Part shown: one piece after another, positions 1 to 16,805 of the stretch | How the letters are laid out: each line of letters starts with the position of its first letter | How positions within the stretch are numbered: the first letter of the stretch is position 1 | NCBI RefSeq assembly: GCF_009914755.1 | Contig: NC_060926.1 | DNA length: 64,000 bases | Origin: the human T2T-CHM13v2.0 reference genome, Homo sapiens | Strand: one strand, 5' to 3' | Made by a program: the position numbers and the translations under genes | Notes under the pieces: model-generated | The model's input: only the letters and a program-made list of their open reading frames with translations | Database searches by the model: none | Told to the model about the DNA's origin: nothing

Positions 1-431
1 AATTGTTATTTCATTTTTTTATGAGAGGTTGTTTCAAAAGTCCTTAATTCACTCCCTTTTATTTAAACTGTGTAAGCTGTTATTGAAAGTCTGTTAAGAC
101 ACACAGAAAGGATCCTTGCTTTGAGTACGAGTTTGGAGTAGATGTTCTTTATGTTCTTCCACACAATTCTAAACTTGTATACTCTATTTGTCCATAATAT
201 TGCAACATTTACTTTTCAATTTATATAAGTATTGATCTTCTTTTCTATGGTTGCTGTTAAGCAGAAGGAATATTTCCACTAGGATGAGAAATATGAACTT
301 GTTACTGGCCTATTTTGAATTCCTTTCCTATGTTATCATCTTTGATTGTTCCATATAATTTTGATTGAAAGTGTCATAGAGGTAATCTGCAAATGGTACT
401 GCTCAAACCAGCTTCCTGTTAGAGATGTCTC

Positions 432-2318
432 ATTTTGTAGCTTTTGGAGTATAAGTGGGTTTTGGGTTGTTGTTGTTGTTGTTGTTCTTTGTTTTTGAGA
501 CAGATCTCACTCTGTCTCCTAGGCTAGAATGCAGTGGTATGATCATGGCTCACTGCAGCCTTGACCTCCCCGACTCAGGTAATTCTCTAACCTCAGCCTC
601 CTAAGTAGCTGGGACTCTAGGCGTGTGCCATGATGCCCAGCTAGTTTTTTGTGTATTTGTAGAGCTAAGATCTCATTATTTTGCCCAAGCTGGTCTTGAA
701 CTCCCAGGCTTAAGTGATCCTCCCACCTTGGCCTCCCAAAGTACTGAGATTACAGGTGTGAGCCACCACTCCTGGCACAAGGGGTTTTTGGTTACGTAGA
801 CGAATTGTATAGTGGTGAAATCTAAGATTTTAGTGCATTTGACATCTAAGTAGTGTATATTGTACCCAATATGTAGTTTTTAATCCTTCACCCCCCTCAC
901 CCTCTCCCAATTCTGAGTCTCCAAAGTCCATTATTTCACTCTGTATGTCTTTGTGTACCCATAGCTTATCTCCAATTATAAATGAGAACATACAATATTA
1001 GTTTTATTCATTCCTGAATTACTTCATTCAGAATAATGGCCTCTAGCTCCATCCAAGTTGCTGCAAAAGACATTATTTCATTCTTTTTATAGCTGAGTAG
1101 TATTCCATGGTGTATAGATACCACATTTTCTTCATCCACTCATTAGTTGATGGGCACTTAGGTTGGTACCATATCTTTGCAATTGTGTATTTTGCAACAA
1201 TAAACATATGCATGTGGGTGCTTTTTGATATATTCACTTCTTTTCCTTTGGGTAGATACCCAGTAGTGAGATTGCTAGATCAAATAGTAAATCTACTTTT
1301 AGTCCTTTGAGAATACTCCATACTGTTTTCCTTAAAGGTTGCACTAGTTTACATCCCCACCAGCAGTTTTTAAGCATTCCCTTCTCACCACATCCATACC
1401 AACATTTATTGTTTTTTGACTTTTTAATAGTGGTCATTCTTGCAGGAGTAAGGTGTATCTCATTGTGGTTTTAATTTGCATTTCCCTGATGATTAGTGAT
1501 ATTGAGCATTTTCTTCATACATTTATTGGCCATCGGTATATCTTCTTTTGAGAGCTGCCTATTCATGTCATTTGCCCACTTTTTAATGGGATTATTTATT
1601 TTTTTTCTTGCAGATTTGTTTGAGTTGCTTGTAGATTCTGGATATTGGTCCTTTGTTGGATGCATAGTTTGCAAATATTTTCTCCCATTTCATGGGTTTT
1701 CTGTTTATTCCAATGATTATTATTTTGCCATGTACAAGCTTTTTGGTTTAAATAAATCCCATTTATATATTTTTGTTTTTGTTGCATTTGCTTTTGAGGT
1801 CTTAGTCATGAATTCTTTGCCTAGGCCAATGTCTTACAGAGTTTTTCCTAGGTTATCTTATAGAATTTTTATGGCTTCAGGTCTTAGATTTAAGACTCTG
1901 ATCCATCTTGACTTGATTTTTATATATAGTGAGAGGTAGGGACCCAGTTTTCTCTACATGTGGCTTGCCAGTTTTCCTAGCACCATTTATTGAATAGGGT
2001 GTCTTGTCCCTAGTTTATGTTTTTGTATGCTTTGTCAAAGATTATTTAGTTGTAAGTAACTGGCTTTATTTCTGGGTTCTCTATTCTGTTCCATTGGTCT
2101 AGGTGTCTACTTTTATACCAGTACCATGTTGTTTTGGTAGCTATAGCCTTGTAGAATAATTTTAATTCCTGTAATGCGATACGTCCAGATTTGTTCATTT
2201 TGCGTAGGATTGCTTTGCTCTTCAGGCTCCTTTTTGGTTCCATTTGAATTTTAGGGTTGTTGTTTTCTAATTCTGTGAAAAATGATGTTGATATCTTTAT
2301 AGGAATTGCATTGGATGT
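432..2318 (-). mobile_element. 5'-truncated L1 (L1PB-like 3' UTR plus ORF2 end), interrupted by an AluJ
   Basis: 3' UTR motif ggtttttggttac..gaattgtatagtggtgaa; minus-strand ORF2-like peptides KTTWYWYKSRHLDQWNRIENPEI and [14 protein letters not shown]; many stops and frameshifts. Confidence 0.92.
468..776 (-). mobile_element. AluJ with (GTT)n-converted tail, inserted in the L1 3' UTR
   Basis: Dimeric Alu with J-type gatcatggctcactgcagcc; degenerate TSD ataagtgggttttgggtt (451-468) / acaaggggtttttggtt (777-793). Confidence 0.93.
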
Positions 2319-2388
2319 GTTTTAATCTAAGTTTCTTCACAATTTTAAAAAATGGAATATGTCATCGACATTAGATATGGACTTCTTA

Positions 2389-2875
<487 letters not shown>

Positions 2876-4799
2876 TTAATATAGTTGCCCTTTACCCAGC
2901 AACAAAATGTCATCATGTTTGCTTCCTTCTCCAAATTCATAACCTCTGTTTATTCTGCTTTTGGCAGCTTTATAGTGCTTAAAGTTTAATTTATAATGTA
3001 TTTATCTACATTCCTTTGATCTAATATGTGGTTATTTCGTATATGTGTTTGTATCCCATTTTTCCAACTATTTTTTGAACTTCTGGTAATCTGGGTCAGT
3101 CATACTTTTTCCTTTTCCGTGTATGTAGCTCCTTCTCTTCCACTTATCTGTCAGTATATGTTGTATTTAACACATCTTACTCACGTTGAATTGTGATAAT
3201 TGAATTATGTAGTTGTATTCACTGAAGAAGGTTTTCTGGAATAGAATAGAAAGTATGACTCCTTTTTTTACTCTACTTATTTGGTAAAATTTCAATTAAC
3301 ATTAAAGAAGAATAAATACTTCTTGATCTTTGTTCAATGAAGTTCAAGGATGTATTATTTCATGTCACAGATAAATATGAAAAATGAGTGACTTAAAGTC
3401 TCTGGAATGCAGAGACTAGAAAAGGATTTGGATGGAAGTACTTTATCTGGGATGGAATTTCAGAAAGCAAGAATAAGTGAGAGAAGGAGTAAATAAAAGA
3501 CTCATTATCAAGGTCATTGCTGTGAAATGAAGGCTTGACTGTGTTGGGACCTCCTAAGATGCATCTAGCCTACCTTGCTGGGGCTGCCCACTGAAAACAG
3601 GAGGCTGAAGTTTTCACTCACTGGCTTCAGTCCTCTAGTGGTTGTGAACTGTCCCCCAAGAGCATTAACTTCACCTGCATTTGATTCTTCTAGGGTCAGA
3701 GAATGCCCTAGGGAGAAAGAGGAAAGATGCATGTGGCATGAGGTTGAGGTGGAATGAAGTAAACAAGAGCCTATTAGTCCTCTGCTACAATAGCAGAATT
3801 GTAATGCCTTATACCTTGGTCTGGAATGTTGTGTTCAGTTCTGTGCACCAGCTTTTGAGAGGTGGCATCAAGTCATGAGACAAACAGGAAAACATGGTAC
3901 TGAAACCAAGTCACATTAAAAGGTACCAGGGAAGCTGGAGGTATTAGCTTTAAGAGAAGAACAGAAAATGAGATATGTTCGGTCAACTAGAGATGATTGT
4001 GAGCCTTTCTGGATGCAGGGCATCTGAAACATCTGCTACAATAAGAATCCTTAAAAAACTTGAACAACAATATTTGTTTAAAAACTTTCTCCTTAACCTT
4101 AAAAAATATGTAAGCAACTGCAAACAATGAGCCACCAGAAAAATTTTTAAAAAATTGACTATTAAAACATAATGGCCAAACATTAGAAAAGCAAAAGAGC
4201 ACACAACTCAGCATTTTTGCCAGTTCACTACTCACAGAGTTATATTTAGATGAATGCAAAATGCATTTGGTCAACCACTTCGTATTCAAATTCATGTGTG
4301 TGGAAGTAAATTTGATCCATCTGTGTCTGGATTATTTTCTTAAACCACCAAAATTTTATTTTACAAGAACAGATTTCCAAAGAGTCTTGTGATACCCTCA
4401 ACTTCCTGCCAAGCCTCCTCAAAAGGTCTGAAATATGGTTATTATATACTGAACTCAAAATACTTATTTAAAAACTTTAATAAGCAAAATAACAAGCAAA
4501 AGGATATCTGATTTATCTGCCGTAATGTTATTTATGTTGAAATCGAGCATAGAACATGAAAAAAATAGGAGAAAGCTCTATAAAGTATCTATTTTTTTCC
4601 ACATATATGCCCAGACATGGTATGATACAAATGATCTACCTAAACAGCACGCCATGTGTAAGCAGTTTACACATGTGCCACTCATGTAAATGTGGAGTAG
4701 CTGATCCGGGACAACTTCATGCCTACCCTGAAGAGTATGCTGACGTAAGTTGTATAGGTTACCATGAGGTTTCCCCTCGAATCCTTGGTTTCTCTTGTG

Positions 4800-5872
4800 T
4801 CTTTTTACAGGCCTCTTCCCTGCAGTCTATTCCTTATTTGTTGCTATTACTCAGAGTTGCTACCTTGGCCCTCTGCTTCTCTAGTCCTCCACCGTCTTCC
4901 TGGGCATTCTCATCCTCTCTCATGGCTTTATTGACCCCCTAGGTGCTGAAGACTCCTAAATCTGTGTCTTCAGCTCCGCTTTCACTACTGAGAGTGACTA
5001 TATCTGAATTCTACCCACTTGGATAATCAATAAGCACCACAATATGAACAATTCCATGAACTCAAAATCTAAGCCAGAAACTGCATGTAATGTTTGACTC
5101 ACTTTTCCTGTCACCTGTTCCCCCACCCTCACCCATGTCGAGTCATTGTGCAAGTCGAGTCCATTCTTTCTCTTAAGCATCTCTCTCACCTGGTTCCACC
5201 TTCATCATCCATCACCTGAATAACTGCAATGTCTTCCTAACTGAGCTACCTGTATCCAGGATGGACTCCTCCAATTCATTCTCCACATAACTGTCAGAAT
5301 GATCTTTCTACGAAAGAAATCTGGTCATGCCTCTTTCTGCTTAAAACCCTTCATTGGTTTTCCATCACTTTTGGAATAAACTACAAACTTCATACAGTTT
5401 CAAATCCCTGAATCATCTAGTCTTACTAAATCTTCAACCCCTTCTCTCTGAACTCACCCCTGGCATTCTATAGTCCAAATATTTGAGCTTTTTCTAATTT
5501 CTAAAAAACGTCATGCTCTCTCACACCTCAGGGAGATTCCCACAAGCTGTTTCATCTGATGAAAATCTTTTCTCATCTCCAGTCTTACCCCACCCAACTT
5601 CCTTGCCCACTCACCTTTGCTGGCCATCTCAGCAGCAAGCTTATAAAGATTTATTTCCTTTAAGGAAAAAAATGATAAGATAGATGCCCCTGATATATGC
5701 TTCTCGCACACTCGGTGCTTCGTCTGTTGCAGCACTTATTTATCATACTGTACTGTGGTTGCTTTTTAATCATCTGTCTTTTTCAATAGAGTTTAAACTC
5801 CCCAGGAGGGTGGGAACTTAGTTCCTAAAAGGATGCATAGCACAGAGTATATATGCAATAAATTATTGTTAA
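4800..5872 (+). mobile_element. L2 3' portion
   Basis: L2-like ctcatggctttatt..gctgaagactcctaaatct, cttaaaacccttcattggttttccatc, and terminal gcacagagta..caataaattattgtt; highly diverged. Confidence 0.75.
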
Positions 5873-7019
5873 AATATTGGGCACATTTTGATCCATAGTG
5901 ACAGACAACCTTACATATAAGACACAGATTATCATAGGCGTTAATCTACAAACTGCATTTAAATGTGTTTTTATTCTATTTTTCTCTTTTATCACCATTA
6001 TGAGAAAAAAATGGTTAGTTTAAGGCTTATACAAAGATAAAGTTCCTTTTCCTTCATCTTTCTGTCTCTCTATCTATAGATATATGTATATTCTGTTTTC
6101 CTATCTGAACTTGGTGCCAAACATATTGAGCTGGTATCTTGTTACATGTCTGTCCTTTCACAGTTCTTCCATATAGCTACTAGAAATAATCACTACAGTT
6201 TAGAACACACTGTGCAACCCTCAAGTAAATTACATTTGAGACAAGAAAACTGAGAAACTGCATGAAGGTTAAGATTTTCGGGATAGGTAAAAATAGCAAG
6301 AGCTGAAAACAGAATCCAATTACACAGGTATTTAATCCTTCAATCTTTAAAACTCAATAAATAAAGCATTGCTTTTTTTGAGGCATGTTATTTAGGATGA
6401 AAAGTGAATGTTTATTTCAGATGATCAAGTGACAAAAACTAACTTCTATATTTTTCAAGTCGATAAAAACTTATAGAAAGTGAAATAGGATTTTAAGGAT
6501 ATTTTTCCATTGACCTCTCTTTCTGTTAGTAACAAAAAAAAAAAACTTCCATTGATGATAGGATGCCTTCAGTTGATTAAGCCATGAAAAGATTACCACT
6601 TTGTTTATAATCATCCATATGTATTTAATGTGTACAGTAACATCTTGTGATTTTAAGAATAAATTTTCCATCTATAACTAAAAAATAAAATTTTTCCTCT
6701 TGTTATACAGAGTTCTAGTTAAAGAGAATGTTGCTTTATTTTATGTTATTTTTATAATGGTTGGTTTACTCATAATAGTGATACTCAGATACAATTATTT
6801 TGAAATTTGCAATGGTTATATCTACACAGTTCAAAATGCAAAAGGGTTTGGAAAAAATAAATTATTCATCCATGCAAGATATAAAATAGCATAGCTATAA
6901 AATAAGAATATGACTTAAATGAGCAATTCTGTGATTTGGCAATTTGATCAAAGTAGAAAAGCTTCAAAATTATCAAATATCCAATCATATTTGTCTTTAT
7001 AAGAATACAATGAAACCTA

Positions 7020-7430
7020 ATTTTATTTTACCTTTTACTGTATATATATTTAAAATATACAACATGATGTTTTGATATACTTACCTTAATATACATATGC
7101 ATAGTGAAGTGTTTACTACAATCAAGCAAATTAACAAACCAAGTATCTCATATAGTTACTTTTTTCTTTCTCTCCCCTCCTACATTTCCTTCCTTCCTTC
7201 CTTCCTTCCTTCTTCCTTCCTTTCCTCCTTTATTTCATGGTAAGAGTACCTAAAATCTACTCTCTTAGCAAAGTACCAGTGTGAATACATTATTAACTAT
7301 AGACCTCCTGTTGTACATTAGTTCTCTAGATTTACTTAACCTACATAATGCAACTTTGTACTTTGACCTATATCATCCCATTCCCCCTGCCCTTACCCCA
7401 TCCCTAGTAACCACTGTTCCACTCTCTGTG
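7020..7430 (-). mobile_element. L1MA-type 3' end fragment containing a (TTCC)n tract at about 7186-7225
   Basis: atacaacatgatgttttgatatac, taaaatctactctcttagcaaa and gttgtacattag..ctagatttactt motifs. Confidence 0.8.
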
Positions 7431-7522
7431 AAACCCAATATTAAACATAGCTTTGCTTCAGTTTTTATACATGAATGATAATCCCCAAATTAGTCATAGA
7501 AATTATTAACTAGCAATTCAAA

Positions 7523-7863
<341 letters not shown>

Positions 7864-9893
7864 TCATGGCAAGTAATTAAATGTACAATATATAAAGAAA
7901 TATTTTACAAGTTTACCTTTATATTCCAATATCTTCTCTAGAAATGAAAATCTGTTACATGTGCTCTGGCTGACTAATGCAAGTTACAAAGCAGATTTAG
8001 TAAGTCACTGTCAATGTTAGCGACCTATGTGGAAAAAAAAAGAAAATGTTTCTGTGAAGTAAAAAGAGAACTAAATATTTCAAATAGTGGTAAGCAGCTA
8101 ATTCTATTCTAATTCCAGTGCCTCTCAGAACCATCTTTAAAGTGAATGCTCTCAAAATTTCCTGTCATCATCATTCAAATTGTTAACGTTTGAATAATTT
8201 TCTCATGCTCACCTCAATTATTTCCCCTACTTCTACTTGTAAGGAAATTGGTCATAAGACTTTATTTGGAGACTCTGATGAGAATACTTTTGTGATATCT
8301 TATGTAGAAAAATGAAATATTAGTGTTTTAAAATGACTAATACCTAAATTATTCAAATCCTATTTAAAGGAATCTATAGATCAAAATGACATAAAAATAT
8401 ATTATTGGAAAAGGATTAAATGCACATTGAATAATTACATCATTAGTTTTCCAACATTGCCTAAAACATCTAATAATTATTTCTAATCTGTAAAAGTTAT
8501 GTTAAAAGTATGTTTACAATCAGTTCTCTACTCAAAAGAAGATACACTTTTTTAAAAAACTAGAATTACTGGAATAAATATTGCTGTTTAAACTGATGTC
8601 ATCCCCAAAGAAAACCCATCCATTAAGTGAACCAACTTATTTTTCTGGAGCAAATTGGCAAATTCAAACTCCAAGAAGGCAGAAAAAATTGTACCAGTGA
8701 TTGAAAAATCACTACTGATAAGATGATGCAATAGTTCTTTGGCTCTCATATAAAATGGTTGTGTGGTAGGATAAAATATGTCTTATAAGAGAAACTAAGT
8801 TCATAAAAATTGAGAATACTAATGAAAAGCAGACTCTTGAGGTTTCAAATAATCTGCTTTTTCTGCTCTTCTTTTACTGTGCTTGGAAGTGGCAGCAGAA
8901 ATTATGAAATATAAGCAGAAAGGTAGTTTGGAAGATTTCCAACCTGAATCATGAGATAATTACTAGTTGAGAGTTCTTTTTGAATAAATCAACATAATCC
9001 ATCTTGTGTTTTCTTTGTCATTTCTACCACTATTTCCACAGAGAATATCTTATACCAGGTTCTTATTGGCATCCCCTAAAATGAGCCATTTTAGGGGGTT
9101 CAGAGAGATAAAAATCTATTAAGTAATGAGGTTGTGTTCCCACTTTCATCATTTAAAATGGAAAGCTATAAATAATATTGAAAGAAAAATACAGCTGTGT
9201 GAATCTTGGCACAACAGGGTAAAACTATTCTTACCATTTTCTTCTTTTCTCCACATTCCCCTTTCCAGTGCATATAACTTTATTATTCTGGTGGTTTCAG
9301 TTTGGGCCCCAGTTTTGACTAACTCTAAGAACTCAAAGAAAAACACAACTGAAACCACTACCTAGTGGCTTAACGTGAAGCCCCAAATGATAGGCCTTCA
9401 ACGGAGCCCAGCAAAGGGCTTATAAGCACAGCTCATTTTGGAAAGGGGAGAGTTTGATAAGTCAGGAAGACAGGCTTCACTATAGCTGGCTTAGGAGATT
9501 TTCATAGCCCTATTACATTTAGCCTTACTAAAAAGAAATTATAATTCTAATCCTCTGCTATACGTAAGAAATACATGATAGATTTCTCTGGCACTTTGAA
9601 CAGATTGATTTTATGCTAGAATGCTAATAACACAAGGAAATGGCAAATATACATGCAAAATGAAATTGAGCTGTGCATAACAATTTCTTTCATTTCTCTT
9701 TGATTTATTCCCATTCAATTCTGAAGGCTCATGGGTCAATGATTGTATTGAATTAGTAGATCTAAAGCCTTCTATGGAATTTTTTGTTTTTGTCCCCTCC
9801 TTATATTGTTCAACTGTAGATGACCTAGTCAATAGTTGTAATCCAAAGGTCGCTGTAAAGAAAGAGATTCTACCTTCAAACATGTTAGATACA

Positions 9894-9980
9894 GTCTACT
9901 GCCCTACCACCCTGAAAGCGCCCCATCTCATTTGATCTTGGAAGCTAAGCAGTGTTGAGCCTGGTGAGTAGTTGGATGGG
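9894..9980 (+). pseudogene. 5S rRNA retropseudogene, 3'-truncated and tailless
   Basis: gtctactgccctaccaccctgaaagcgccccatctcatttgatcttggaagctaagcag..ttggatggg matches 5S nt 1-87; 16-bp TSD aaacatgttagataca (9878-9893) / aaacatgttggataca (9981-9996). Confidence 0.96.
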
Positions 9981-10122
9981 AAACATGTTGGATACAAAAA
10001 TGGAGAATCTGCTGAAATGTGATAATTGAGATTTCACTGTTGTTTTCAGAGATCTGATGGTAAATTCCTTTGGAGACTGTCAAAGATAGCACCGATGTCC
10101 TTATGATTAAATCTCTGAGGCA

Positions 10123-10422
10123 GGCCAGGCATGGAGGCTCACGCCTGTAATCCCAGAACTTTAGGAGGCTGAGGCAGGCGGATCACCTGAGGTCATGAGT
10201 TCGACACCAATCTGGCCAACATGGTGAAACCCCATCTCTACTAATACAAAAGTGAGCTGGGTGTGGTGGCGGGTGCCTGTAGTCCCAGCTACTTAGGAGG
10301 CAGAGGCAGGAGAATCACTTGAGCCTGGGAAGTGGAGGTTGCCATGAGCCAAGATCATGCCACCACTGCACTCCAGTCTGGGTAACAGAATGAGATTCCA
10401 TCTCAAAAAAAAAAAAAAAAAA
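10123..10422 (+). mobile_element. AluS (Sx-like)
   Basis: Full dimer with poly(A); degenerate TSD aaatctctgaggca/aaatctctctagggca. Confidence 0.95.
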
Positions 10423-12937
10423 ATCTCTCTAGGGCACCTCAAAAAGAGGAACATAAATTGTTTTTCTCCGTTGCTACTTCTCTACACAATTATTTTTTTC
10501 CCACAAAATAGTGCAGGAAAAGATTATAAACAAAAGCTAATGAAAATATACTAAGGTTTTGAATAGTGTCCCAGTTTGCAGCCTTGGCTGAATATAATCC
10601 CTTGGCTGCAAACTGGGATACTATTCAACTTATTACACAGAGGGGTGGAACATCAAACTGAGAGATATGCTAAGCATTCTTTCAGGCCCCAAAACATGCA
10701 GGGGTTTACCTTTTCCTCTGTGAGGCAAAATAGGAAACTGATCATGTATTCCAATAATAAATTGTGCTAGGAAAGTCCCAATTTTAGTTTTAATACAATT
10801 CAGTTTACCTCTGATTTGTATATTTTCTAGGCCTTTCAACTAATGGTCTGTGGTCTTTGTATTTTTTAAATTTACGTTCTGTTTTCAAGAGATTTCCATA
10901 TTATTTATTCACTTACCCAGTATAGCTTCAGAAACTCTCAAATGTCTTAAGGCAGAGACAAATTGCATGTTTTAATTCCCTGAAGTCTTCAATTTTATCA
11001 CTCTAGTATTACACAATTGCCAAAATATCTTGTGGATTTTCTGTTCTCCTGTAGTGGGGCTCTGCCAGAGGCCAAATTTGAATAGTGAGCCTCTAGTTCT
11101 GAATGTCTCTGCTCTCTGTAGTTTTCTTTGCTTTGTCAGGTCTTGCTGTCTTTTATAATTTATCCTATTTTTATAGTTCTGTTAAACAATATCATTGGCC
11201 TGCTGTAAACCGATCCATACTACTTCAAGCAAAACTGCAAAATTTAATATCAAGGCAAGTTTTTTGTTTGTTTACTTTCCTAGTTTTATATAGATTATCC
11301 CCTATAGTTTCTACTCAGTTTTCTAGTAACTATTCTCCTCTCACAGCCAGGCTGTCAGTGGCTGTGTCTCTGATGCTAATGCTTGATTTCATAGAAGTTT
11401 ATCTTCACCATCTGTTTATACCACCTTGCTATCTTGTACCGTTCTTTAAAAAGCCTAATTTTGGTCTTTAGGACTAAATTATCTCTCAGAACTCCACTCC
11501 ATCTGCTGACTTTATTTCAGTTTGGTCTTTTGGATACAAAAGTGCTGCCTCTGCAGCCCACTCTCCACCCTCCAAGCCTCTGCTTGTGTATTCTGTTCAT
11601 GTGTTAATTCTGAACAGCATGTCAGGACTACCTGCTCAGATGCCAGCCTTACCTGGTTCTCTGATCATAGTGTCACACTGTAGCAATAAGTCATCCACTG
11701 ATTTCACAGCCTTGCCTATTTATTTGATTCTTCCAGATCCTAGCCAAATTAAACACTAATCTTACCTCAGTCATATCTGTTCACCTGTCATCCACAAGCC
11801 AATACTTAAACTTCGGCAAAAAGCACAGTATAAAACACATGCAAAACTGACAGGAAATTTCAAGAGAAAAACATTTTAATATAGAAGATTTTTCCACTTC
11901 ATTTATTAATCTCAGTGTACTCTGCATACATTTCCTAGAGTATGAGTCTCAGAACACATTGTACTACAATTTCATCCAGATTTTTATTACAGCAGTCAAC
12001 ATTTTCTCTTGAGTAACTTTAAAAAGAGAATCAAACACATCCTGCCTTCAGACAAAAACAAAACAACAGCAGCAGCTGAGCTTCTCATGATGCAGCGAGA
12101 TACACAGGCTGGATGTGAAAATAACCTATCCTCACCTGAATACTTTGAATTTCATGGAGGAAATTGATGGAGAAAGGTGCGGTATTTTGTTTTAAGCACT
12201 AACTCAACAGAAGAGTAAAAGAAGTGGGGAAAGAATATATGCATGATTGAGACTTTTATTCTGCAATCTTATTAGTGTTTTTTGTGCAAAATATGTTCTT
12301 AGTGCCTCCTGAAAGATAGAAGAAAAACTTAAATGCTGACCAGTGTTTAAAGTCTGTGGAATTGTAGCCATCACTCTCTTGTTACAGATTAAAGGAGGTG
12401 GAGAGGTAAAGAATCAGCCTCCAGTAATGGTTACCATGAGAGGTGTAATACTGTAGTTGAATGAATGACTTTTCCAGTGCAGGCCTATACAGGGAGAAGT
12501 GATAATATTCATAAGGCTTAGCCATGGTTTTTTTCTGGTAGCTAAATATTACCACCACATCAGTTACAGTATTTCCATTGATAGACATTTAAAAAAAACG
12601 GTCACGAAATAACTTTATCACCATACTTCATAAACTTACATGGCCTCTATTTTTCAATTTAAACTTCAGTGTGAAAAGATGTGGAATTTTCACAGCTGTG
12701 CTAGGTGAGTCCCACTGCCTTAGAAAACAATTAGACAACACTTCTTAATCATAAAATTTACTCACACATTAGAGTGAACTTGATATTGACATAATGACCT
12801 CTCTATGTTTATTCCCACTGTTTAAATACAGTTAAACCATTTGTTTTTTGATATTAGAGTGTATATGAGATGTTTTAGGTTTAGTGGAGATTGAGAGTTA
12901 ATATTTTACAAAACCCTTTTTTAAATTGTGATAATAC

Positions 12938-13087
12938 TGGTGCGCATCTGCAATCCCAGCTACTCAGGAGGCTGAGGCAAGAGAATTGCTTGAACCAGGA
13001 GGCTGAGGTTGCAGTGAGCCGCTGAGATCGCGCCGTTGCACTCCAGCCTGGGCGACACAGTGAGACTCTGTCTCAAAAAAAAAAAAA
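12938..13087 (+). mobile_element. 5'-truncated AluS (right arm only)
   Basis: Right-arm sequence plus poly(A); TSD aaattgtgataatac/aaatcatgataatac. Confidence 0.93.
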
Positions 13088-14479
13088 TCATGATAATACA
13101 ATGATTAATACTTAATATTTTTGACAAAATTATTAAGCATCAATTCTAGATTGATGATTTTTAAATAATACATTTGATAGAAGTTAAAAGGTATCAAATA
13201 CCGTTGTATCTAACAAAAATGCTAGCAATATAAATAAAAACTTAGCTTTTAGTTTTTCTTTGTGGCTCCAGGTAATTCAGGAAATTTCTCTAACCTCTTT
13301 CCTAGGATTAGTTTTAAGGGATGGGATAAAAGTAAATCATCAGATTAAAAAAGTGTCAATGGAATGGTGAGAAAAACACGTATCATTGAACACAAATCTA
13401 GTCTCTGTCATGGCAAGAAAAGAATATTGGGAAATCTCAATTTCCTTTCTCCTGTTAGAGCAGACATGCTTGGCTCTATCAGCTAATAGTTATTTTTAGA
13501 CAATGCCAAAGGAATGCCTTGATAAGTGAAATAATCAAGTTTATTTCTTTTGTGTGTCATATCATCCCACACAGCAATGGTAGTTTTGTGAAATTTAATT
13601 CGATTTCGGTGAATTCTACCTAACTAACTGGTTTAGGATTGCCCACAATCCTACATTCTCCTCTGACACTCACCTGCTTATGTATCTCACATTAATATGA
13701 CAAAAGTGAGGCCATCACCCCAACACAGCAGGCTGCCACTTCACTGCTCAACTTGCCCTGTTGTAAATTAAGAAAAAGATATTATCCACTTAATCTTAGG
13801 ATTAGTATTTGTGTTTTAACCTTTTGTTGTAAAATTAATCGAAATCACAAAACATACAATTTTTATTAACATGTTTGAATATTTTTAGTAAAATAAAATC
13901 ATAATTTATTGACAGATGACTAAAATAGACTGACTTCCTGTCAGCTCATTAGAATAGCTCCCAAATGAGTGAGCCAAGAAAAAAAAATCGTATGTTTGAA
14001 TTCTAAACAAAATATGGCAATATGTTTCCCTTTTAAAAAGAAATTTTCTGTTTCTTGGTACTCACCAAATATTCAGAATAAGGAGGAAATTGAAGTTATT
14101 TTGGAACCAAGAAAAACAGGCTTAGTACACAAAACAAAAGTGTATGTTTTTAAAAGAAAGGACTTTTATGTTGATAATTTCATCCGTTCAAGAAGGATAT
14201 TAGTATGAAAAACAAACCAATTCTGCTCTTAGAGTAGGACAAAATTAGCTTTGGAAACAATTGTCTGCAGTTTCCTCCATCTTCCATTCTGTTTGAAGAT
14301 GTATAATCTAGTTGTGGTGAAAAATGTTTTCAGCTAAAGGGTTTATACAATGTACAAATATTTGTTTTATTCACTTTGAGCGAATAGTTGATCTTTTATT
14401 TTTAAACACTTTGGAATGTATAAATATAAGTTGATCTTATTCATTGATAAAATAAAGGTCATTGTAACTATTGATCTTT

Positions 14480-15235
<756 letters not shown>

Positions 15236-15239
15236 ATTT

Positions 15240-15672
15240 GTTTCTTTTAACTTTTAATTTGGAAATAAAAGATTCACAGAAAGTTTTAAACATAGCCTGG
15301 AGAGGTTCCAGGTTCCTTTCACTGAGTTTTCTGTAATGGTAACATTTATAGTACAATAACAAAACCATGAAATTGACATGAGTACAATGTGTGCTTATAG
15401 TTTTATGGCATTTTATCTCTTATGTAGATTTGTATACCTACTATGGCAATCAAATAGAATTATTCCATCACCACAAAGATCTCCCTCTTGCTACTACTTT
15501 ATATTTATACTCACTCCTTCCTCCTCTCACTATTCTTGATCCCTGGCAACTACTAATCTCTTCTCCATCTTGAATAACAAAATGTCATTCAAGAATGTTA
15601 TATGAATTGAATTACACAGTATGTGACCTTTTGAAATTGGCTTTTTTTTTTCACTCAACATAATGCCCTTGT
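15240..15672 (-). mobile_element. L1MC/L1MB-type 3' end fragment
   Basis: agattcacagaaagtt.., aaaaccatgaaattgacat, ttccatcaccacaaagatctccc, ccctggcaactactaatct. Confidence 0.8.
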
Positions 15673-15711
15673 GTATAGTTAGATTATTTTGATTTTTATC
15701 CACTGTGCCAA

Positions 15712-15742
15712 TGTGTGTGTGTAAGTGTGTGTGTGTGTGTGT
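15712..15742. repeat. (TG)n microsatellite at an Alu tail
   Basis: Interrupted TG run read directly. Confidence 0.9.

Positions 15743-16805
<1,063 letters not shown>

Noticed and set aside
1107-2243. Cluster of ORFs, with a similar one at 44952-45733
   Set aside because: Broken L1 ORF2 pieces and their antisense frames
9894-9980. Functional 5S rRNA gene
   Set aside because: About 30 nt missing at the 3' end, many substitutions, and flanking TSDs
11103-11471. 122-aa hydrophobic ORF (also 4556-4942, 21789-22163, 34643-35143)
   Set aside because: No recognisable homology or splice context; composition reflects T-rich or repeat-derived sequence
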